DNA from: Octopus vulgaris
Lineage: Eukaryota
Direction of reading: 5' to 3'
Length of the DNA: 64,000 bases
Assembly: GCA_951406725.2 (NCBI GenBank)
Contig: OX597815.1
Location: 77,872,001-77,936,000, forward strand
In this document: piece by piece, positions 56,470 to 64,000 of the stretch
Numbering within the stretch: position 1 is the stretch's first letter
Layout of the letters: each line of letters begins with the position of its first letter
Notes under the pieces: generated by a model
Told to the model about the DNA's origin: nothing
Database searches by the model: none
Seen by the model: only the letters and a program-made list of their open reading frames with translations
Position numbers and translations under genes: made by a program

Positions 56470-56850
56470 TGCTGTCAATTTCAATAAAAGATATTCCAGT
56501 AATATGACGTGTTTGTCATTTTCTAACCGTGAAAACAATTTCATAAAAATTAAAAGTTTAATGCTGTATACTCGTACACATTGTTTTAAATGTAAAAAGT
56601 GTGTCATCTTCAGTAGAATTTCTTAATTTGTCGTACTTGTATATTTTAATTAACATTTTAATTGCCAGCACAAATACCTGGTATGCATTTAAGATATGGT
56701 ACAGTAGGGTAGGGTATTAAGATATTTTAAATGAGGAGGGTGGTCGATGTGGAAGAAGTGGCTAAAGGGGGTCAATGGTTGAAAAAGTTTGGTGACCTCT
56801 GATCTAACCCATGCTAATATTGGCAAATGGATGATCTCATCTGATATTCT

Positions 56851-57125
56851 TGTGGTTGATGAAAGGAGCACAACGGAAACAAGGAAATAGGAAACAGAGG
56901 TGCAATAAGGTCTTACCTGACAGGGGATGAAGTCGGATGGCCTTCAGCCAACTTGCTCGCGTGTTGTCGTCTCGGTGCCTTGCTGGGGTCTGTCGTAGCC
57001 GGTCGATGCCGCACGTGCGTTGAGTCTCTCGCTTCCGCTTCCGCCGGCGCATGCGCCCTGCAAGACCTGTAAGCATCACTTCCGCTCCCGCCCGTCCCGT
57101 CACACTCCTTCATCACCACACCACA
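56851..57125 (-). repeat. 3' LTR
   Basis: Identical by eye to 60837-61111; termini TGTGG/CCACA. Confidence 0.97.
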
Positions 57126-57139
57126 TGCCCCCCTGATCT
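57126..57139 (-). other. Short polypurine tract
   Basis: Minus strand AGATCAGGGGGGCA directly precedes the 3' LTR. Confidence 0.7.
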
Positions 57140-57161
57140 ATAAATCACTGAACCGGCTTCC

Positions 57162-57890
57162 TCACTCGCTCCCGCACCCGAAACTGGTTTCATAATCAGC
57201 CAGCCAGGGAGGAGGGTGCCGCTCCCTCTGTGGTCGCAGCGCGACCCTAGGACTTGTTTCTGGTGTGTTGCTGTCGACCTCATCATCCTGTTGGTTGTTT
57301 TCGTCCTGCCCACTGTTGCTTGTCCCATCCTCTGGGGCATGGACAATCCTCCGTATGTCCAAAACGTGGCGTGGCATACCATCGATGGAGATGTTATTTT
57401 TCGAACTTACGGAGGTTATTGTCCCCTTTCCCCATTGCGATGTACACCGTGCGTTTGGGGGTTTTACCCAGACTTCCTCCCCGACCCGCACGAAGGCGTG
57501 CTCTTCCTCTGCCCCGGGTTGCATTGATTTAGTACACGGATGCCTCCATTCGTACCTGAATATTGCTCTGTGTGGCACCGATTCCTCAGCCTGTCCGGAT
57601 CGGGGAGACAAGTTGTACCAAAAAACTGCTTCAAGCGGCGAAATGTGCCCTCTTTCCGCTATGGCCTTGACTGTCCGATGGTGCCTCTCCACGATCCCGT
57701 TACCGCCCGGCCTATACGCTGCTCTGAACAAGCGTCGCACGTTCCACCGATCAAGCATAACCCTCAATGCTTCCGAACAAAATGCCGCCCCGTTGTCCAT
57801 CAGTAGTTCTTCCACGGGACCTCTCTCTAAAAATATCCCGTTCAGGATCTGCACGATCTCGTCAGCAATGCCCGATCTCAACTCCTCCAA
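57162..57890 (-). CDS. Integrase catalytic core and C-terminus (separated from pol by a 1-nt frameshift)
   Basis: LLMDNGAAF (second D), NGIVERHHRTVK (E), GEEVWVK..WGKG C-terminal domain, RPQRERHPPPWLADY tail. Confidence 0.9.
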   Translation of the reverse strand: MEELRSGIADEIVQILNGIFLERGPVEELLMDNGAAFCSEALRVMLDRWNVRRLFRAAYRPGGNGIVERHHRTVKAIAERGHISPLEAVFWYNLSPRSGQAEESVPHRAIFRYEWRHPCTKSMQPGAEEEHAFVRVGEEVWVKPPNARCTSQWGKGTITSVSSKNNISIDGMPRHVLDIRRIVHAPEDGTSNSGQDENNQQDDEVDSNTPETSPRVALRPQRERHPPPWLADYETSFGCGSE

Positions 57891-60031
57891 ATGGCCAGCC
57901 GGCCCGGCCCACAGTCGACCATGGAGAGGTACGTTCGCTGACGGTAGTGTGTCACATCCACAGCTAGCCTCTTCCAGTTCTGCTCCACGGAAAGGCTTCC
58001 CTGTTCATGCCCACACGGAGCAGGGTCGATGGACTGACACCTGTCGCAGCTCCCGACCACCTTCCGGACGCTTCTCCTGGTCACGTCAGCATCAATCTTT
58101 TTTGCCAGATACAGGGTCCTGTCCACACCCAGGTGATGCATAGCGTGCAATTTCTTCAGCTCGAAGTCATCCAACCGACACGCCGCAGCTATCCCTCTCC
58201 GCGCCTCCTCCGGTTCTTCCAACCACGCCCTTTTCACCCTGGTCAGTACGTCCGCCTTGTTTTTCTCCGAAGGCACGAAGACCACGTTCAGCTTGAGTCC
58301 GAATTCGGTGATTAGTTCGCCTAGAACTCCTAGGCGGCGCTTCACTAACATCTCCGCAGCACCTTTCGTCCGCACTCTCCTGTCACCGGTGATCACTGAT
58401 CCTACCCAGCCAAGCACAGTGGCCGAATCCGTCCGCATTTCAATCGTGCGCAGCCCCCATTTCAAGGCCAAGTTCACCCCTTTCAGTAGCGCGTCTAGTT
58501 CGGTGACATTGATGTGGTTGAAATCATCTGCTTTCCGAAGCCAGGACGCGTCCTCCACCGCAGTGCCTTCGATTGCCAACACCACCCCTATCGCTATACT
58601 GCTAGCGTCACACCAGACAGTCCCGCATTTCGTCCTGGGCACGTACCAGTTCCCCCTGACCGGGTCTTCCGCTCTTGTCCTCTCTAGGATCTCCTGCATC
58701 ATCGCCACCGTCCCTTCTCCCACCTTGTCGCCCCACCTCTCTCCTTCTGCTCGTCTCTTGGTGTAACTACACGCCGTGCGCAGCCATCCAGCGATCGGGT
58801 AGTGACCGACCAACTTCCCACACACCGAGAACAGCTCTCTCCTGCTGACGCTGGAACTCGGCTCTGGGATTTCATTTCCTCTCCGGAACACCAATTCACC
58901 TGATCTATCTCTTCGCAGCTTCAGCCCCAGTGCGGCTCCCCCTTCAATCGACTCCGGCGGCTTAGCAATCAGTCCGAACTTCTCCAGATGTCTCACTACC
59001 TCGTCGGCTGCCACTACAGTTTCGTCCACCAAAATGTCGTCAATGTAGGAGCTGGTGGCCTTTCTAATCTTGCCGTCTTTCCCTAGGACGGACCTAAGCA
59101 CTGCCGACATGATCTTCGGAGCAGAATTCAGCCCGAAACCCAGCCTGGTTAGACAGTACGTCCGGCCCTTGTACCGCACCAGCTGATATCGCCATAGTTT
59201 GTCGCTCACATGGAGCTGCAAGTATGCCGATCTCAAGTCGACAATCGTCGCTGCCTCAGTCGACTGTCTCCACTTGTGCAATGCCTCACCACAAACGTCT
59301 GTCGCCTCACCTCCCGTGTGACACGATATGTGCTGGTTTAACTCCCTGAAGTCCAGCACCGGTCTAACTTTTCCCTTCGTAGGCTGCACCACCGCCATCA
59401 GGGGTAGCACTCCGCCCGCTACCTCCTCCTTCCAAGGGACAAGGATCCCTTCCTCGATCCACCTCTCCACCTCGTCTTCAAACTCAACCCTGGCGTGACC
59501 TTTCAGAGTATGCTGGTAACAGCTCACCCTGTTCTCCAGTGTCGGGGGCTCGTCCTTCCATTTCCACTCTATCGTCCACCGCCGACCATCGAACGCCGCC
59601 TGAAAGTCCTTGTCCTCGATGGTGTAAGCAGCGCCGTCCCTCGCGGGGCTCTGCTCCCTCTGGTGATCCTGACTCGCAGCGCACGACGCCCCCACGCTTC
59701 CGAACGTGACCTTATTTCCCACAACACTGACGCCACTGAGGCAGTTGATGGCGTCCATCCCCATCACCACATCAACTCCATTTATCACGCGTTCGGCCAC
59801 AATTGCCTGTAGCCTTAGCGTCGCGCCGCGCACCACTATCTCTACCGTGCTGCTGCCTCTGCAACGGATTTCGCTGCCGTCGACCGCCCGGACACTACAC
59901 ACCCCGTTCCATTCCTTCGTCACCCTCGAAGTCACCAGGGTGGTCGTACAGCCCGTATCCACAAGGGCCTTGAACGTCTCCCCCTCGGCCTCCACGTCAA
60001 TCACTGGCAGTGTCTCCAATAGCGCCTCTAC
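57878..60031 (-). CDS. pol: Pol polyprotein: aspartic protease, RT, RNase H, integrase N-terminus
   Basis: ALVDTGC, RPVLDFRELN, DLRSAYLQ, LGFGLNSAP, YIDD, WCDAS..E..TDS..NKAD, HAMHH..CDRC, AVDVTH. The frame opens at 60031 after an in-frame TGA. Confidence 0.95.
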   Translation of the reverse strand, partial: VEALLETLPVIDVEAEGETFKALVDTGCTTTLVTSRVTKEWNGVCSVRAVDGSEIRCRGSSTVEIVVRGATLRLQAIVAERVINGVDVVMGMDAINCLSGVSVVGNKVTFGSVGASCAASQDHQREQSPARDGAAYTIEDKDFQAAFDGRRWTIEWKWKDEPPTLENRVSCYQHTLKGHARVEFEDEVERWIEEGILVPWKEEVAGGVLPLMAVVQPTKGKVRPVLDFRELNQHISCHTGGEATDVCGEALHKWRQSTEAATIVDLRSAYLQLHVSDKLWRYQLVRYKGRTYCLTRLGFGLNSAPKIMSAVLRSVLGKDGKIRKATSSYIDDILVDETVVAADEVVRHLEKFGLIAKPPESIEGGAALGLKLRRDRSGELVFRRGNEIPEPSSSVSRRELFSVCGKLVGHYPIAGWLRTACSYTKRRAEGERWGDKVGEGTVAMMQEILERTRAEDPVRGNWYVPRTKCGTVWCDASSIAIGVVLAIEGTAVEDASWLRKADDFNHINVTELDALLKGVNLALKWGLRTIEMRTDSATVLGWVGSVITGDRRVRTKGAAEMLVKRRLGVLGELITEFGLKLNVVFVPSEKNKADVLTRVKRAWLEEPEEARRGIAAACRLDDFELKKLHAMHHLGVDRTLYLAKKIDADVTRRSVRKVVGSCDRCQSIDPAPCGHEQGSLSVEQNWKRLAVDVTHYRQRTYLSMVDCGPGRLAIWRS

Positions 60032-60082
60032 TCATTTGAGGGGAAAGTTCGAGAGGCAGCAACTTCCCCGCGGTCGTTTCCC
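60024..60082 (-). promoter_or_regulatory. -1 programmed ribosomal frameshift signal (G GGA AAC + H-type pseudoknot)
   Basis: Heptamer 60082-60076 in gag frame, 6-nt spacer, stem 1 GGGGAAGUU/AACUUUCCCC, loop GCCUCU pairs with downstream AGAGGC. Pol is in the -1 frame. Confidence 0.85.
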
Positions 60083-60792
60083 TGGCCGCAATCACGGGCA
60101 ATGTGCCCTGTCTGCCTGCATCGATAGCAAACTGGCCCCAGCTGCGTACAGTCCCGCGCCATGTGCGGTCCCTGGCATTTAAAACATCGTCCTGAGAACG
60201 GCCGCTCTCGTTGCACGGTGGGCTTCCGTACCTCTTTCTCGTGACGTCGTCCGTCTTTACGCGCCTCCGTCACCGCCATCGCTATCCCCTTCCGCCCCGA
60301 GTGTCTCGTCAACCCGCGAGCATGAGTTACAAGCTCGCTCAATGGCATCTTTTTGACCCCTGGTAGTTGTTGTAGGTGAATTCCTACGTCATCGGGGAAG
60401 CCATTTACGAATGCCAGTCGGGCTGCTCTCTCCAGTCCTTCTCCGGCAAACCCGGCCAGAGTCGCTAGCCTTCTAGCTTCCGCCGCAAAATCATCTACCT
60501 GGCCTCCCGTCCACCTGATTGCACCCAGCTTAGCGAAAGCTGTGTACTCGCATTCCGTGTATGCGTCACACAAGCGCCGCTCTATATTCCCATCGCAGAG
60601 CCGTTCTTTTTCGTCCATTTCTAGGTAGAGCGACAACGCACTTCCTTCCAAATACAGGGCCATAAGACTTGTCACGTCGCTTATGCCCTGCAGTCTCGCC
60701 ACCAGCCTGATTTTCCGAATCCAGGCCACTACATCGCCTTCGCCGTTAAAAGGTCTAACGACGTCACTGGCGATCCTAATTTTTGCCGACAT
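60028..60792 (-). CDS. gag: Gag (about 254 aa) with two C-terminal zinc knuckles
   Basis: First ATG after the 5' LTR (MSAKIRIASD...), CFKCQGPHMARDC and CYRCRQTGHIARDC. Confidence 0.92.
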   Translation of the reverse strand: MSAKIRIASDVVRPFNGEGDVVAWIRKIRLVARLQGISDVTSLMALYLEGSALSLYLEMDEKERLCDGNIERRLCDAYTECEYTAFAKLGAIRWTGGQVDDFAAEARRLATLAGFAGEGLERAARLAFVNGFPDDVGIHLQQLPGVKKMPLSELVTHARGLTRHSGRKGIAMAVTEARKDGRRHEKEVRKPTVQRERPFSGRCFKCQGPHMARDCTQLGPVCYRCRQTGHIARDCGQGNDRGEVAASRTFPSNE

Positions 60793-60824
60793 CGTGTTGA
60801 AAAAAATGTGAACACTGACTAAAT

Positions 60825-60836
60825 GCCGAAATAGCT
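60825..60836 (-). other. Non-canonical primer-binding site AGCTATTTCGGC, complementary to tRNA-Phe nt 1-12
   Basis: Immediately internal to the 5' LTR, with no TGG. The plus strand reads GCCGAAATAGCT, the recalled 5' end of metazoan cytosolic tRNA-Phe(GAA). Confidence 0.7.
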
Positions 60837-61111
60837 TGTGGTTGATGAAAGGAGCACAACGGAAACAAGGAAATAGGAAACAGAGGTGCAATAAGGTCTT
60901 ACCTGACAGGGGATGAAGTCGGATGGCCTTCAGCCAACTTGCTCGCGTGTTGTCGTCTCGGTGCCTTGCTGGGGTCTGTCGTAGCCGGTCGATGCCGCAC
61001 GTGCGTTGAGTCTCTCGCTTCCGCTTCCGCCGGCGCATGCGCCCTGCAAGACCTGTAAGCATCACTTCCGCTCCCGCCCGTCCCGTCACACTCCTTCATC
61101 ACCACACCACA
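60837..61111 (-). repeat. 5' LTR
   Basis: Identical to 56851-57125. Confidence 0.97.
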
Positions 61112-62499
61112 ATTCTAACAATTCTGCCAATCTACGGCTTTGGATTTGTATTATTGATCCTGAAGGGATGAAATGTAGAGTCGACCTTAGTGTGATTTGA
61201 ACTTAGAGCACAAAGAGTTGGAACAAATGCAACAAGGCAGTTTGTCCCATGTCCCTAATAACTTAGCCAATTCACCACTATCTGCCAAACTGTTGCTTTA
61301 ATTATTTATTTAATTTTATCATAAGTAATGAAAAGTTGCATTGTTGATTACACGTTTCTGATGAGCCTGTCACTGATTCACTGCATTTTTCTCAATGAGA
61401 GTGATAAGGGAGTGTCTGTAATTCAGTGCAGAACAGATATAGCATGGAGAACTCCACTCAAAGAATATTTGTTTCAGATTTTTTTCTTGCTGATGTATGC
61501 ATTCTTCTTGTTGCAAAAAATATCTATCAATAATTACAAAGATATTATTTAATAATTTCTGAGAAGTATGAGAAATAACACTTGAATAACTCACCAAGAC
61601 ATAGACCAGCCTATTCCTCTAAACTGAAGAAATGCCACCATCTTACAAGTGGTCTTTTGTTTTCAATCTTCCATGAAACATATCTGGTCATGGGAAATGT
61701 TATCTTACTTGGAAACAGGGGAAGTTTGGCAACAGAAAAGAATATCTCACTGTAGAAAATGTACCTCAACAAATTCTGTCCAACCCATGCAAGCATGGAA
61801 AAGTGGTCATTGAAAACAATGATGGCAGCCATGGCAGAAGCAGTGGCACAACAGCAGCAGCAGTGGAGGTGGTAGCGGTAACGACAGCAATGGTGGTAGC
61901 GGTGGCAATGATGAAACTCTAAAACCTATAACCTGTAATACTGGTTTCAAATTTTGGCACAAGGCCAGCAATTTTGGGGGACAGATAAGTTGACTGCATT
62001 GATCCAAGTGCTCAACTGGTACTTATTTTAATGACCCTTGCAAGGATGAAAGACAAAGTCAACCTTGATGGAATTTGAACTGAGAATGTGAAGACAAAAT
62101 GCCACCAAGCATTTTACCTGTTTTGCTAATGGTTCTACCCGCTTGTCACCTTTTAGCAGCCTATAGTATTCACAGGTAATATTATTACAAAAAATAAATG
62201 CTCACCTGGTGGCAGCAGCGATGGTGGTGGTGGGGGGGATTTCAAGGTAAACATGCTTCTAGAAAATCAAAGTGGATAATGGAAATGCTTGTATGGATGT
62301 AAAGGATCAGTTAATCTACCAATAAATCCATAATGGAAAATTATAGAAAGAAGAAGGGCCTGAGCCTGGCATGGATTGATTTCTAGATAGTGCTCTCTAC
62401 ATAAGCACTTTGAAAACATTATCTATGAGTGAAGTAACACCAAAAACAAAGAGTAACCACAAGCATGAAATAAGTAAATCAAAGGCAATTGCACAACTC

Positions 62500-62800
62500 T
62501 AACCAATAGACAAAAAAAATGATAAAATCCTATCAGAAGAGGAATATTCCAAGAGCCTGCCCTTGGCTCTATGTGGATACAAGTATTTCAGGATGACTAT
62601 CAAGCATTGTGTATATATGGATGAGCATAAGGTATGTGTTGTAAATGATAAACATTAGCCATTTGCAGCATGGAAACTTGGATTTGAAAAATGTCTCAAA
62701 AGAGGAAAATTGATCAATGAATGTTAAATTAGAAAAATAAAGAGAAAATTAGAAGAAAACACAAGACATAAATACTTGGGAATCATTGAACTAACTTAAT
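62500..62800 (+). mobile_element. Highly decayed R4/Dong-like RT fragment
   Basis: RRGIFQ, IKHCVYMDEHK (HLLYMDDLK-like), LGFEKC, KRGKL, HKYLGIIE remnants. Confidence 0.45.
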
Positions 62801-63126
62801 TATGATTATTTCCAATTCCGCATATCCCCCATTTATTTTTTGTATAGATTGTAATTGATTATCAGGACCAGTATACTTCTGTAATTTGTTTCAATAGTCT
62901 CATAGAGGTGAAAGTCAAAGTTGTCTGCCACAGAATTTGAACTCAGATCCATGAGACAGCTAACCCTAACTTTTAACCTACTTGCTTTCATTGCACTTCT
63001 AGCTTTCATTGTTGCTGTCTTTCTTTACTTGATTTATATGTTAACTTTTTGTCCCCTCATTTAACATTATCTGACAAGCTGTGCACCTAAGCACTGTATA
63101 CAATAAAGCTCATCATCATCATAATA

Positions 63127-63164
<38 letters not shown>

Positions 63165-63165
<1 letters not shown>

Positions 63166-63328
63166 GGCAGCAATACTGAATGAAATGCTTAGCAGTATTT
63201 TGTTCTTCACTATGTACTGAGTTCAAATTCTGCCAAGGTCGAATTTGCCATTTATCCTTTCTGGATCAATATGTTATCGACTCCATCCCGCCCACAAAAT
63301 TTCAGGCCTTGTGCCTTAAGTAGAAAGG

Positions 63329-63370
<42 letters not shown>

Positions 63371-63588
63371 TTAAGGAAATGAGCTGGCAGAACTGTTAGC
63401 ACACCTGACTAAATGCTTAGTGGTATTTTGTCTGTTGCTATGTTATAATTTCTAATTCCGCCGAGGTCGTCTTTGCCTTTCATCCTTTCAGGGTTGATAA
63501 ATTAAGTACCAGCGAAACACTGGGGTTGATGTAATTGACTTACCCCCTCCCACCAAATGTCAGGCCTTATGCCTTAAGTAGAAGGAAT
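63165..63588 (+). mobile_element. Two tandem family A SINEs separated and flanked by (TTA)n
   Basis: Same motifs as 1481-2516. Confidence 0.8.
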
Positions 63589-64000
63589 TATTGTTATTGT
63601 TATACCAACCTGCCTGACACTGCTTCTGACTTGATAATACCAGCTTCTTGTTTTAAAGTTAATTCATGTTAATTTATGTTCCAAACACTAGCTTAATGAT
63701 GACAAATTTATTTTACTAAAGTCTTCATTATTTTCAAACTTAAATGGACAAAAGTAGTGTCTCTCAACTGAAATATGCTAACAAAAGGGTTTGGGTGCTA
63801 TAAATTATTTAGTCCCACGTCTCTATTATCATTTGACACATCAAGCAGTCAATTCTTATTAATTGGATATAAATTATCAATCAGATTGTGTTTGATTTAA
63901 CCATGAGCGAGTACATTAATTTTGTTCACTTCTTTTATTATAGCTTAACTCAGTTTACTTAGTGTAAAATTGCTCTGTAATACTGTTTCTGCAATAGAGA

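Larger units (their letters stand above)
56851..61111 (-). mobile_element. Full-length Ty3/gypsy-type LTR retrotransposon, 4261 bp
   Basis: Identical 275-bp TG...CA LTRs, TSD ATTCT (56846-56850, 61112-61116), domain order gag-PR-RT-RNaseH-IN. Confidence 0.97.

Noticed and set aside
57216-60182. Plus-strand ORFs up to 292 aa antisense to pol
   Set aside because: No recognisable motifs; expected shadows of a GC-rich coding strand.
60837-61111. Tf1-like self-priming of the LTR element
   Set aside because: No sequence complementary to the PBS region is present in the LTR sense strand.

Overview
This is AT-rich, repeat-dense eukaryotic DNA. The SINE families and microsatellite style suggest an octopus (coleoid cephalopod) genome; that is inferred from recalled repeat sequences, not from a database match. 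Most of the window is microsatellite, tRNA-derived SINEs and decayed transposons: Helitron, R4/Dong, RTE, CR1-group and L1/Tx1 LINEs, Penelope-like, mariner, DD41D, piggyBac and hAT. One plausible Ser-rich host exon lies at 42620-42720. Nearly all ORF-track entries are low-complexity artefacts. The standout is a very young, compact (4261 bp), GC/CpG-rich Ty3/gypsy-type LTR retrotransposon at 56851-61111 (minus strand). It has identical 275-bp LTRs, a 5-bp TSD (ATTCT) and a GGGAAAC + pseudoknot -1 frameshift signal. Its primer-binding site lacks TGG and is instead exactly complementary to the first 12 nt (5' end) of cytosolic tRNA-Phe, which suggests a non-canonical priming mechanism using a 5' tRNA fragment. 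The window also holds several minimal type I hammerhead ribozyme motifs, mostly in Penelope-like relics next to (AT)n tracts, several fold-back palindromes, and evidence of microsatellite-targeted retrotransposition.
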